From Octopus bimaculoides (Eukaryota), in contig NC_068984.1 of the NCBI RefSeq assembly GCF_001194135.2, positions 90,870,691 through 90,934,690 of the forward strand: a DNA stretch of 64,000 nt, written 5' to 3'. The position numbers and the translations under genes were made by a program. This document shows, piece by piece, positions 26,930 to 40,499 of this stretch. Position 1 is the first letter of the stretch; every line of letters begins with the position of its first letter. The notes under the pieces are model-generated. The model did no database searches. It saw only the letters and a program-made list of their open reading frames with translations, and was not told the origin of the DNA.

Positions 26930-27232
26930 GTGACCCTGTCAATGCAGATGCCACTTAAAAGCATCCAGTCCACACTGTAAAGTGGTTAGTGTTTGGAAGG
27001 GTATCCAGCTGCAAAAACCATGCTAAAACTGACCTTGCCTGTGCTTGTGCCACATAAAAAACACTAAGACCATTCTGCTGAGTGGTTGGTGTTAGGAAGG
27101 ACAGCCCGCTGTAAAAAATCCTGCCATTACAGTCACAGAAATCTGGTGCAGGCTTTGGCCTGGCTGGCTCTTGTGGTACCATCCCACCCATGCTAGCATG
27201 TAACATGGACGCTAAATGCTGATGATGATACA
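26930..27232 (+). mobile_element. RTE-3'-tail short repeat
   Basis: Two tail units, ending 'cccatgctagcatg..ggacgctaaatgctgatgatgat'. Confidence 0.75.
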
Positions 27233-28439
27233 TAGATATGAAACTGTTTGTGTGTATACAGTGATGGATTCAAGGGTTTCAATCATTTATTAGCTGATTT
27301 CTTAATTTCACCATTCTTAGGCTTCTAATCCTCTTTTAGTCAAACACTTACAAAGTTCAATTAAAAAGCATAGGTGAGGAATACATTGTAAGCTACACTA
27401 TAATTTGTGAAAAAATTTATCTGCGTTCAGAGTATGCATTGCCCCTCTGATGCCTTTTTTTTTCATTTTCTTTCAACACTCAAAAGATAAATGACTGAAA
27501 GGAAAACATGTGAAGACTCATAACTATTTCACATAGGTGAAATCAAAGGTATTGGCTGTGATTTACAAATGTTTCTCAGAAGACAGAAACATTTAAATGG
27601 CTATAAAAAAAATTGCAGTTAAATATTTACCAAGTTTAATTGCTATTAACTATCAAATATTCTCAGGACTGACAGTGCTTCTAGGAATAAACATCTCCAA
27701 AAACACCCTGTAACGAGGATGTTATGGATTTATATAATTTGTATCCCATCATTATTAACTGACATAAAAAAAAATCTGATTATTGAACTATCACAGCTGA
27801 TTAAAAAAATATACCTTCACCCCTTTTTTTATTAGTTTATTATATATGTATATCCATGTATTTCATTCAATGTTGCTTCAGTTCATTCAGCTGATTTGCA
27901 ACATCACTGGTGCCAAGCTGTATCAGCCTTTGCCTTTCTATTGGATAACACTAGTGTTGTGGAGAGGGAAGGCTAGTATGCATGAGCAACTTGTGCCTTG
28001 GCGGTTAACTTTCTAGGTGCAATCACATGGTCGTTCATGACTGAAAGGGGTCTTTACTCTTTTTTACCAAGATTACACTCATCACACTAAAAGCTGCAAT
28101 CTATCCAAAAGTGTTAAATCCTCTGATTTTTCATGGTGACCATTTTCCTGTAATATGACCACATTTGCTTTCGACATTTTGAAACATCAATAATATTTCC
28201 AAATTTTGATTTTGAAAGATTAAGTTTTCTGCTTAGGTTTTAAGGGCTGGAAATACAGTTCCATTTAGCTCTGAACAGTTACGAAGTCATTATAAATTAT
28301 TACTACAATACTTCCTGCTCTTCTGAACTAACAAGTTATGCAGCCTCTACATTCAAGTCTACTTAATGTACATGCCTTTATTCCATCTATCAGACTTACT
28401 GTTTTACGCGCCACACCCCGTATTTCATGCAAGACTATG

Positions 28440-29561
28440 TACAGGGTGGAGAAGCAAAACTTGCAAAATTGCCATAACGTTTGAAACTCTCTCAATTAGC
28501 ATCAATAGGTTAAGTAATTCACAAATAGGTTAATAGCATTCACATATAATTACAAAACAAATGATTTATTCTATATGGCATCCACTGTTTGCAATAACAG
28601 CCTCCACATAGCCCCAGAACCCTGCACAACTTTTCATCACGAAGTCACTGGACATCCTGGCCCACTCCTCATTGATGGCAACCTTCAGAGAGTTGATGTT
28701 GGGGTGGGAAGTTTTGTTGGCAGCATGCTCCAAAATGTCCCACATAGCATAGTCCAGAGGGTTGAGACCCAGGCTGGAAGAAGGCCAGAAGTCCACAGGC
28801 CAGAAAGCAGCAAAGCTGAATTAGCAGAAATTCTATACCTTCTTGGCAGTATGGCTGGGAGCACCATCCTGGGTCCACACAGAGTTGCCTTCTGGGTAGT
28901 TGGCCTTGAGCCATGGCAAGGTATGGTATCTCAGCGTCTTGTAGCAGGTGTTAGCACCTACCCATCTTCCTTCCATTGGAGGCCACAATATCAAAGGCCA
29001 TGACCTAGGCTGGATGTTTTGTTCTGAATGTGCCCCTGACGTCAGCTGTTGACTCTGCAATGTACCAATCATTTCTGTGGCCCACAACAGTATCCACTGT
29101 GAAGATGATCTCTCAGAAAATTTTCAGTGGACCCTTTCTTCTTGAGGTATGTGAGAACCTTTTTGCATCTCTCCAGTCTCCTGGCCTTCATATGTTCTGT
29201 CTGCAGGTGTCTCAGTGTCTTGGTGTAGGAATTGAGGCCCAAAGCCTCATTCACAGCTGTTTTGGGGTCCAAATTCAGTAGCCAGCTTCCTCATGGATGT
29301 GGTTGGGTCCATTGTAATTTGTCATGAAGGTGTTGATGAAGTCTTGATTCCACTTCTTGTTGGCCCCAGACTTCACTGCCAGACTTCATTGCCCACAACC
29401 ATTCTTTGCTTGATGTTATAAACTGTGCATAAGGATACTCCAACTAAAAAAAGGAGTTTGTTATTAGCTGACAATGTATCCTTTGTTCTGCATTAGGTTT
29501 CATATCATTTGCTGTGAAATATTAGTGTAACTTTTAATGCAAGCTTTGCTCCCCCACCTCA
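28440..29561 (-). mobile_element. Tc1/mariner transposon remnant, DD37D (maT)-like
   Basis: WTQDGAPSHTAKKV, FWPSSSLGLNPLDYAMWDILE. TIRs acagggtggagaagcaaaacttgca / tgcaagctttgctcccccacctcat. Confidence 0.85.
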
Positions 29562-29854
29562 TATTTGTAAAAAGTAACTAAAACATGGCAGTATGCTTGT
29601 GACAAGGTTCAAACTCATATTGTTTCTGAAGAATAATGAAGTCTCTTCAAAGAGATTTTTAACAGAAAAGCAAATAAAACTTACTGAAAAAATTGGGAAT
29701 AACTGTATTCATTAAAACAAGAAAAAAGAAACACCCCATAAATATGTAAACTACCTAAGAAGAAATAAAAGCCATATTTAATTACAAGAATAAAAATAAA
29801 ACTGGTTGTAGTCAGAAAAAAGGAAATAAGCATTAAAATTATAAAAATTCACTA

Positions 29855-30760
29855 ATCATCATTTAACATCGATGTTCCATGCTGGCATGGATGAGATGGC
29901 TTGACAGGATCTGCCAAGTCCAAGGACTGCGTAGTGCTCCAGTGTCTGCTTTGACATTGTTTCAACAGCTTCCCCTGCTAATGCTAACCCCTTTACAGCA
30001 TGTACTGAGTTTTTTTTGTTTTTTTCACAGCACCAGCACTAGTGAGGTCACTATGAAGCTTGCCTGACAAAGATCCTCTGAAGCTAATGGATAAAGAAAG
30101 GGCCAGAACAGAAGAGGTTCTCGTTGCTATGTAGCTACATGACTACTCAAATCATAGAAGACAAGGTAAGAGAGACTGGGGTAGAGATGGAAAGAGTGAG
30201 AATAGTGGTAATGAGGTGACTATTTTGTTACATGTATTCCTGGGTCTCACTTTTCCATAAGTTCCATTCACATTAAGTGATGAGAACTTCTTGATACAGC
30301 TATTCTCATCCATATTCATCTCATATCTATACCATCATAGTCTTCTTTCCTGCACACTACATTTGATTCCGCTTATGCCCAATTTTTTGATCAGTACCTT
30401 TGTACTTTGTCGTGGATGCACACCCAATAGACCTGCAGCTTTACCTCTCTTCATATCTTTAATTGCTTTATCTACCACACTGCTGTCAACTTGAATCATT
30501 GGTCTCTCTGCAAGATCAACATGAAATAGCCCCTCTATTACCCACATATTTTCCACATTCAGCAACCTCTTACAATAGCATTTTCATGCCACTCTTTTGT
30601 CTTCCACATCAATGGTGAGGATATCTTCATCATTCCAAATACACTCCTTTGTCCTCTCTCACATACTGTCCTGCAATCCTGAATAATTCATGCCTCTGAT
30701 CCTCACATTACAGGACATGCACAAATCTCATTTGTTCTGCTTCATCTTTAACTATGCATA
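29855..30760 (-). mobile_element. Internally deleted RTE LINE fragment with tail
   Basis: RLLNVENMW..VDKAIKDMKRGKAAG fused to LGISGIKCSVQERRL. Tail at about 29855-30065. Confidence 0.7.
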
Positions 30761-32399
30761 CTTGTCACATAGCTGCTGTTTCTAGCCATTTGAAAATGCT
30801 CCCTACTACTACCTTCCTTCCAGGTTATCCAAGCCTATCGCTTAGCCTTTACTGCCTTGTCAACTGCTTCATTCTAATACTTTACTGATATATAGTAGTT
30901 AAAATGGCAATATCAAAGAAGCTAAAGGAAATCTTGTTTATAAGAAAGTGAAGAGAAGAAAAAAGTAGGAGAAATAGTATTCTTGATAATTTAATATAGA
31001 TAGGTTTATGAAAATCTAGGACAATTTCAATTGGTTGTTGACAAACACCCTAAGTGATTTAAGTATATTTATCAGATAATACTTTGCAATTGAAGGACTT
31101 AAACAGTATCTACGTTTATCTTGGATACTCAATTATGTTATGGCATTGTTGAAATATGAACAAAATAGAGTTTACAGGCTAAGTAGTCATTTAAAATGTT
31201 AAAATAACTAATGAGAAACAACATCTGTGTTCATTGACTGAGAAGCCTATGAATACACCTGGCAATTATAGGGTTTACAAAATAAACTTTAATTCTTGAA
31301 TCCAGAATTATAAAAGAAAAATGTTGATTTAGTAAATTTCCATTTTTTACATTATGGCAATTTTACATTATTACAATTCTTTGTAAGTAAAGGAGAAAAA
31401 GAGCATTCAAAAATTCTACTTAATTATCGTTAAGAGACTAGCATCATATTAATGTCCATCTAATCATAACACACAATTGAGCACATTCCCTTCACAAAAG
31501 TGTTATATTTCTAAATGTACTCATAGAACTTATATGGCACAGTTTCCTTTATACAGGAGTAAAATACAAAAATACACCAGTAGTTAACTGCACAAAGATG
31601 TAGAATTCTAGATAAGGAAAATTTTCAAGTCTTGCTCTAAAACAATTTTAGGATTATAATCTATTAGGGTTGAAAAAGAAAATCATATGCTCTGACTGTT
31701 ACATAATTTTCCTTAAATGCTATCTATTAAGCCTACATCTCTACACCTAATAAGAGTTAGTATCAGCCCAATCTATACCATCTAACAATTTATTTTGTAT
31801 ATTGACTGATATAAAATATCTGACTTGAAGATGACTGGGTTTACTGCACCCACATTGAGGAGACCTAAAATAAGAAATCATGATCATGCAATTATTAGAA
31901 CCTACATGTTCTCTTGGGGATTATAGCACAAAACTTTAGAGCCAAATCAAAAATATTTTCATATAAAAAAATGGATAATTCATAATTCTATGAGACATTG
32001 CATAATTTTTCAAAATTACTATTCAAAACAAACCATATGATTTTAGTGCTAAAACCAATAAAATCTCTATGACAATATCAAAACTTATTCTATCTTCACT
32101 ACAAAACTTATTCTCGACTTCTTTTCACCAAACCTCATATTTCCCGTTGTGATGTTTGCGCTTAAACCTCTTGATAGTTTCAATAAGCATTAAATGGCTT
32201 CAGAATCACTCTACATGAACCAAACTTTTAACTATTCCTCCCCTATCCACATGTTAAAAAGTTACAGCATTCCCCAGTCTATAACAGCATCATCCAAAGA
32301 ATACTACCCCTCACGCTCAATCCAAATATATATTTAAAAAATGCACATACATACAAAAACTGTAGTAGCTTCTCTAACCTCCTTAGCTTCAATCACTGT

Positions 32400-33632
32400 C
32401 ATGAGAGTTATAATACCAATGATACAAAGAATAACAAATGTCATATTTCAACTGTGTCTACTTTAGTGACCTTTGCTTTGGTCACTACAAGAAGCTATTG
32501 GTACACAAACCAAGGGAGCCTCTATGCAGTCACTGGACCTGCAAGATATGACAGTATTATTTCCTTTAGATCCCACTATCTTAAAACAAGACTTCATTAG
32601 ATAACGGTGTAGCATACACTCGAGTGAAATTCCTTTCCTCTCTATTGTATATACATACATACGAACGTAATAGATAACAGCTAGCCTTTGGCCGCATTTT
32701 GGACCCTGTTGTGTCCACTACTCTGATTGGTTGGTATTGGCGCAATTTGTCTCTTACTCCATCATGCCAATATGCAGTGTATAACCAATCAAAGCCCCTA
32801 AATAAGGTCACGTGTGACAGCCTCTTCTCAACTCAGTTTTGAGCCTACAACTCCTTATAAAAACCCAGCTTCTCCTCATCTCGATGTCTTTCGGTCCCAG
32901 ACCTTTTAAGGTCTAGCTACACAAGACACAGCCAGTTCCAGCAACAACACAACAGCAGCTACGTTGAGACTCACCAACTTCGTCCAACAGCATTGAGCAA
33001 CCTCCATCTCTGTCGCCACCATCGTCCTATTGTCAACATCTCTACATACACAACTCGCCCAGGTTCCAATACTCCAATGTTCATGAATTACTTCATCATG
33101 GACCAACAGCGAATATACAACCTGCGAGAAATCCTGTACCAAGTGACCAAGGCAGCAGCATCACAGCCACAACTTCACATACGCCATGTACTGCAACCGG
33201 CTCTGCATCATCACCGCAACTTCTTGATACAGTATTTCAACTATCATGTACAATTGACTACGAACTGGTATTTATCATTCTTGTATCTATGAACTTAGCC
33301 CTCTTTCACTGTCTCTTCTTCATTGCCATCCTTTTATGTTCTTAACACGCGCATACATCTATGCCTACATAGACACGCATACATCGTTCTTATGACAGCC
33401 TGTCTATTATTCTGTATATATGATGCACACACAATCACACATGTTAACATATCAATAAATCTTCTCTTAAACATTCTCAGCCGGTTGTCTCTTTTTCTCT
33501 CTGGCACATATATGCACTATTCTATTTATATTTATTGTATCGACTGCATGATGTACTAAGGAGCCATTCTTGTCACCTCGCTTCGCACAGACATTACGAA
33601 TTGGTGACCTGTTCCAGCTCCTTGAAACTACA
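32400..33632 (+). mobile_element. LTR-like segment followed by a possible primer-binding-site remnant
   Basis: CpG-rich island in CpG-poor flanks, with CCAAT boxes, gtcacgtg, TATAAAA (about 32856), AATAAA (about 33454) and TGGTGACC at 33602-33609. No TSD found. Confidence 0.45.
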
Positions 33633-35619
33633 TAAATAATTATAATGGGAGAAGGAGATACTCCACTGGTATCATATACCTTCCATTCAATTATAATAGC
33701 ATTAGATGCACAATGACTAAATAAAAATGAGATGATAATGGATGGATTGCTCTTGATCGTCAGTCTACTTAACCAAGGATAACCAGGAGCTATGCAAGTT
33801 AGTATTCAAAAACAGACAGAATAGTGAAAAAAGCAACATAACTGCTTCCATGACATTCCATACGATGAACAATTGCATGTCAGACTGTACAGTGGTGTGC
33901 ACTATGAAGCAGAGGTATAATATTTAGAACATTGACTATGTGAACACTACTTGTTCAACTGACTGCCTATGTGACATAGATCTGCTTGATCAGGTTTGAA
34001 CAACCATAATATAGGCAACAGATATCAAGTTGCTTGTGCTAAATTTTTGTACATCAACAACTAGATCAATCATAATGAAAATAAGAATGGTAGAAAACCA
34101 AATAGATTTCATTAGACCCTGAAATGAGATGGATATTCACAGCAAATTAAATGAATAAATAGCAAAAAATACTAAAGAGGAGATATCACTGGCCAGAATA
34201 CATACTACTTCTTGGTCAAGGTCTTCTATTCTGAACATATATATCTACTCCTTTCAGACGTCCTGTACCAAAGTGCAACCAACAAAGCAAATTGTATGAA
34301 TAGAAATACCAATAAAAGCGTCTTTGTGCATAAAATTTTACTTAGGCCTAATGGAGGTGGTACACAGATTGCCAATTTAGAACAGCAAATTTTCTTTTAG
34401 GTGAATACAGGCAAATATTTAAGAGGTAGTATGTGTCTAAGAACAGATATAAGATGCTAGCAAATTAAGTTCAGAAATCAATTTATATTGTTAGATACTT
34501 CAAATTTATTCTTTTGGGAAAGCATGTCCTTTTTTTTCCTCGAGTTTATTTGCTCACATAAGGAATCATGAAATATTTTTAAGAGTTGTCCCAAGATATT
34601 TTTTTTTAACAAACAAACTTTCAAAAATAACTGCTATCTATTTTACCTTATAGTTGATGTATATTTTATTAACTATATACAATTATTGATTTCTAACAAA
34701 GCTACAAATTTTGGAGAAGGTGTGGTTGATTAAATTGACCTCAGTGCTCGACTGGTACTCTAGCTGACTCTGGAAGAATGAAAAACAAAATGATCTCAGT
34801 GAGAGTTGGTTTCTGTTAACTATCATAATGACAGAAACAATAAAGCAATCAACATTTTTCCCTTTTGTACAAACATTCTAATATTTGGAGAACTGAATTT
34901 TTAAAAGCTTCCAATAGGTCAGCTCCATAATGTGTTAATTTTGATTATTCATTTATCACACACTTGTGTTAATAAATAGACAATTGCTTAACCTTTTAGT
35001 GATCATTACTATTCAATTTTGAGCAGGAGGGAATATCAATTTCAGTATTCAACTAATACTTATTTGATCAACCTGCGAAAAGAGATTACCCTGCTATGTA
35101 TAATCAGGGCAGCGCAAAAAGTTGTTTTGCACAAGCATTTCTATAGCCAATTAGATGGATGAAATTTACGTACACTTAATAATGTTACACAAAACAGCCT
35201 TCAGACTTCCCTATTAATTTACATCGTAAGGGTTTTTTCATTGTAAGGCTTTCTTTTTTAGTAGATTTTCACCAAGCAAGACTTATCGTAGATGGCGTAA
35301 TAAGTCACCTCCGGACAAGGTCAGGTTATACTGCTAGTTGTTTATATTTGTCAGAGTTCTTTTGTCACACATTCTGTGACCTATTCAATGACTTTCTGTT
35401 CCTTGTGTCTCCTCTTCTCTCTTGTCCCATCTATTCCAGTTTGTCCTTCTGTGGTATGTATCCCTATCTGCACATGTGTTGGTGCATGTGTCTATGTGTA
35501 TGCATGTATACAGGTTTGTATATTACAGTTTGTTCCCATGACATATTTTTTTTTTTATTCTGTCTTTAGTAGTCAGCTTGTGGAATGTGGCATAGTGAGG
35601 GTTGGTGGTGTTACTACTC

Positions 35620-35845
35620 CATTCATGTTTTCTGTTGAGGCTCAATCTATTCTCTATTGTGTGGCCTCTGTAATCTGCCTTAGTACTGTGTCTGTTTTAA
35701 GTGCCAATAAGATCCTAACATCTATGTTATCTACCGAGCCCTCATGTTCTAGTTTAACACTGATGAGCTTTCTCCTCCTTAAATTCCTGCCAGTGTTCAC
35801 TTATCGTCTCATCTATGCTACAGGCTGTTTCTTCAATGTATGTTG
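35620..35845 (-). mobile_element. GIY-YIG endonuclease remnant (PLE-type)
   Basis: TYIEETACSIDETISEHW ... (frameshift) HEGSVDNIDVRIL..VLRQITEA, resembling the YIGET..EH..RQI.EA pattern. Confidence 0.55.
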
Positions 35846-37039
35846 TTAGGGTTCTGTACACCTATAGATTGCATTCCAAATTTTGCAGTTTATTTTTTCA
35901 TTTAAAATCACAAGATGTTAAACAGTGATGATGAACAAGTGATAACACCTCATTTCCTTCTAGATTTCATATACTGTCCATATTCAAAACCCATATCTCA
36001 CTACCTTACATCATACCTCTGTTTGCAATAAAGGGCAAAATGGCACAGCCCCTGGAATTCTTTCCATCACATCATTATATCTGCTGTGCTTTCACAACAC
36101 CTGCCTCCACTATTAATTAGGTTACCGAGATAACAAACTGCCAACTACTGCTTGCAAGCCTATTGGGTTGTTCATAAATTTTATTGTCAAATATTGCAGA
36201 CCAAGTGGATATAGAATCAAATTAAATGTAGGTAATTTATTATATCTCTATTCTATTTGCTTTATTTTATACACAATGGACATACATCAGGCCTGATGGG
36301 GTAAAGATACCAGCAGTGAGCAAGTTCCTAGTTGTAAATTGAAGCCTTATTTGTTTACTGCTACATACTCTAAATAAGTTCCTACACTTGAAATTCATGA
36401 AACTGAATTGTAAATTATCAACATTTCTATGTGTTTCTGCTACTGGCAAGAAACAGAAATTTATATTAGGTATGATATTCATAAAACACTACTGCTGACA
36501 TTACTAAGATCAATTTCCAAAAACTCAACAATAGATATAAACAACCAAATTACAAATCTGAAATATTGCAGAAGAATATCTATAATAATCCATTAAACTT
36601 ACAAAGGACAAGAATCTATAACAACCCACCTTTCTCAGAAGCTATTATCATCAATGGTTTCAATGCATAAAGCTTTACTGGGCTCCTCCTATACCAGTGA
36701 CAGGAGGGACGACTCATTTGGTATGTCTGATTGTTCACAATAGTTAATCATCTACCTGTATCCCTGTTCAACAGACTGGTTCTCCAAACACTCTTAACCT
36801 TTCTCACCTCCAAATACACTGGAGCCACCCATTACAATGTTATCAAAGAGTCAGACCTTACAGCTTTCCATTACACAAAACTTCCAGCTTCTAACTGTCC
36901 TGGTACTTCAAACAGATAAGTAAGTCTATGTGACTGTTGAATGTGCTAGAAATGGTAGACAAATCTCTGTTCAACTTCACTGAACCATCCTAAAGAGAGA
37001 TGCAGATATTGGATAATACAGTCCTAGATATAATGGCAC

Positions 37040-37350
37040 TTCAGTTACGACAACGAGGGTTCCAGTTGATCTAATCAACAGAACAGCCACATGAAATTAA
37101 CATGCATGTAGCTGAGTATTCCAGAGACACGTGTACCTTTAATGTAGTTCTCAGGGAGATTCAGTGTAATCCAGAGTGTGACAAGGCTGGTGACAATACA
37201 GGTACTACACATTTTTGCCAGCTGAGTAGACTGGAGCAACATGAAATAAAGAGTCTTGCACAAGGACACAACGCATTGCTGAGAATTGAACTCATGACCT
37301 TAAAATTGTGAGCCAAATACCCTAATCACTAAGCTATGTGCCTTTACAGT
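37040..37350 (+). mobile_element. SINE-like repeat (another family)
   Basis: 'gagggttccagttgatc..ccagctgagtagactggagcaacatgaaataaagagtcttgcacaaggacacaacgc..gagccaaataccctaatcactaagcta'. Recognised by pattern only. Confidence 0.55.
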
Positions 37351-38254
37351 CCTAGATATAACATTCAAGAAAAGATGGGATGGTAATCATCTCTGGAATA
37401 CTGCTCTAACACAATTAAGCAAAGCAACTAAACGCTCCATCAAAATACTCATACATATTCAAATAAAACAAAGCACCAAAAACTCATACAAACTGCAAAT
37501 CACAGAAAAACTGGAAATACTGCCTTTTCAAGCCCACCTATCAATACAAAATACAACCAACATTAGCAAATAAACAAAAAAATTCAAACTAAAGAAAAAG
37601 AAACATAGGTTTAAGATACATCAAATTCTCATTAACATAAGAAATAATCCTACAATCCCAAACCAATGAGAGTCTCTACATGGTAGCAAGAAATAACCTT
37701 CAAGCTCTCTCAAATCACACCCTACCGTCTAAAGAAATGACACATTGAACATTGTAGTCTTAAGTACACAAAAAGATGGACAGTTACAACTGGAATGCTT
37801 TGATCATAGATCTGTTCAATCAAGGTTGACTTGGAGCTTAACAACAATCTAAAATTCCAAAATAAAATCATAAATCCAGTACACATATATACCATAAACA
37901 GCACTTGAACACTAATAGAACATAACAAGAAATACAAGCCTCTAAGTTGAAAACCAGCAACAGAAACATTTAAATGAATTAATAAACATATACATCTCAC
38001 CACTTATTGTCACAATAAGTTACATACCCAATTACAACACACCATTATCGCAAATGATTTCAAGGCACACATGACATTCTGATAAAAAAAATTCATAGAG
38101 ATAATACTAGTTGTAACTTTTTGTCTTTACCTCTAAAGACCAAGCACCTAGAAACTCATCTCCAAAACAAAACTTAGTACTTGCCATTTCCATCTTAGTC
38201 AACTATACCAAAAAGTATGAAAAGCAACTAACCACCCATATGCAAAACAAGACA

Positions 38255-38420
38255 AGGCATGGATGTGTGATAAGAAGTTTGCTTCCCAACAACATGATTC
38301 CAAGTTCAGTCTCACTGCATGGCACCTTGAGCACATGTCTTCTATTATAACCGCAGGCTGACAAAAGCCTTGTGAGTGGATTTGGAAGCCAGAAACTGAA
38401 AGAAGCCCATCATAAATATG
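38255..38420 (+). mobile_element. SINE 5' half (tRNA-like head)
   Basis: 'ggcatggatgtgtgataagaagtttgcttcccaac..gttcagtctcactgcatggcaccttgagc..gaaactgaaagaagccc'. Confidence 0.8.
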
Positions 38421-38485
38421 TATATCTAGCTATTTTTTGAAGAAGGTAGCATAAGTTGCATTTTTAATATATCTATATATACCTA

Positions 38486-38517
<32 letters not shown>

Positions 38518-38520
<3 letters not shown>

Positions 38521-40410
38521 TCATCATCATCGTTTAACGTCTGCTTTCCATGCTAGCATGGGTTGGACGATTTGACTGAGGACTGGTGAAGCAGGTGGCT
38601 ACACGAGGCTCCAATCTAATTTGGCAGAGTTTCTACAGCTGGATGCCCTTCCTAACGCCAACCACTCTGAGAGTGTAGTGGGTGCTTTTACGTGCCACTG
38701 GCATGAAGGCCAGTCAGGCGGTACTGGCAACGGCCACGCTCGAAATGGTGTATTTTACATGCCACCTGCACAGGAGCCAGTCCAGCGGCACTGGCAACGA
38801 TCTCGCTCGAATATCTTTACACGTACCACCGGCACATGTGCCAGGAAGGTGACGCTGGGCACAGGTGCCATTACAATTTCGCTTTCACTTGCCCCAACAG
38901 GTCTTCGCAAGTGGAGTTTAGTGTCCAATGACGGAAGGTACGCATAAGTGGGCTGGCTACATCCCTGGCAGAGGCCTTGGATTTAGGTCTCACTTGGCTT
39001 GCCGGGTCTTCTCATGCACAGCATATTTCCAAAGGTCTCGGTCAGAAGTCATTGCCTCGGTGAGGCCCAATGTTCGAAGGTCGTGCCTCACCACCTCATC
39101 CTAGGTCTTCCTGGGCCTACCTCTTCCACAGGTTCCCTCAACTGCTAGGGTGTGACACTTTTTCACACAGCTATCCTCATCCATTCTCGCCACATGACCA
39201 TACCAGTGCAATCGGCTCTCTTGCACACCACAACTGATGCTTTTTAGGTTCAACTTTTCTGTCAAGGTACTTACACTCTGTCTAGTATGCACACTGACAT
39301 TACACATCCATCGGAGCATATTGGCTTCATTCCTTGCGAGCCTACGCATGTCCTCAGCAGTCAAGGCCCATATTTCACTGCCATATAATATGGCTGTTCA
39401 TACACATGCGTCATACAGTCTGCCTTTTACTCTGAGTGAGAGGCCCCTTGTCACCAGCAGAGGTAAGAGCTCTCTGAATTTTGCACAGGCTATTCTTATT
39501 CTAGCAGCTACACTTTCAGCGCACTCTCCCCCACTACTAACTTGGACACCTAGATAGCGGAAGCTATCAACTAAGTCTAGTTTTTCTCCCTGGAGTGTGG
39601 CAAAGGTTGTTTTCTGCACATTTTCAGTGTTTATTGCTCCTGAACATCTGCCACATACAAAAAAACTAACTTCCTAGTTAACCTTCCTTTGATATTGCTG
39701 CACCTCTTATGTGTCCATAGCTTGCACTGGGTACATCTTATAGAGTTTCTACCTATGCTTTTTCTACAGATCAAGCAGGGCCATCTACCTGAATGGGTTT
39801 GTGCTTTGTCTACCTTCCTACTTATTAGGACTTTGGTTTTAGCTAAGTTGACTCTAAGGCCCTTCGATTCTAGTCCTTGCNNNNNNNNNNNNNNNNNNNN
39901 NNNNNNNNNNNNNNNNNNNNNNNNNNNNNNNNNNNNNNNNNNNNNNNNNNNNNNNNNNNNNNNNNNNNNNNNNNNNNNNNNNNNNNNNNNNNNNNNNNNN
40001 NNNNNNNNNNNNNNNNNNNNNNNNNNNNNNNNNNNNNNNNNNNNNNNNNNNNNNNNNNNNNNNNNNNNNNNNNNNNNNNNNNNNNNNNNNNNNNNNNNNN
40101 NNNNNNNNNNNNNNNNNNNNNNNNNNNNNNNNNNNNNNNNNNNNNNNNNNNNNNNNNNNNNNNNNNNNNNNNNNNNNNNNNNNNNNNNNNNNNNNNNNNN
40201 NNNNNNNNNNNNNNNNNNNNNNNNNNNNNNNNNNNNNNNNNNNNNNNNNNNAAGGGATCGGGGGACCCTGTCAAAGGCTTTCTCCATGGCAACGAAAGCC
40301 AAGTACAGAGGTTTATCTTTGGCTAGGTATTTCTCCTGCAGCTGTCTTATCAGAAATATAGCATCAGTGGTGCTTTTCCCTGGCACGAATCCAAACTACA
40401 TCTCATCTAA
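38518..40410 (-). mobile_element. RTE-clade LINE 3' portion spanning an N-gap
   Basis: PGKSTTDAIFLIRQLQEKYL..KAFDRVPR, FRYLG, RLHWYGHVARM, RGRPRKT, plus 3' UTR and (cat)n tail. Same family as the copy at 22030-23640. Confidence 0.95.
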
Positions 40411-40499
40411 GCTGACTCTCTCCCTAATTAGTTGGGCTATGACCCTCTCCGTGTGTAGGTATAAGTTAGAGGTGTTTAAAACCTCTAAGGGATGGTTAA

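Noticed and set aside
34205-34265. Minus-strand exon candidate with acceptor and donor
   Set aside because: Stops in all three frames from the better acceptor, and the alternative acceptor is weak.
35340-35400. Hairpin with hammerhead-like spacing near the GIY-YIG remnant
   Set aside because: Neither CUGANGA nor GAAA is retained.
35376-35849. 157-aa plus-strand ORF
   Set aside because: Low-complexity hydrophobic translation; it is the antisense of a repeat remnant.
36600-36920. Possible LINE APE endonuclease remnant
   Set aside because: Only faint motif resemblance, too weak to list as a feature.
38255-38340. tRNA gene
   Set aside because: It is a tRNA-like SINE head with no complete cloverleaf, and it continues into the SINE body.
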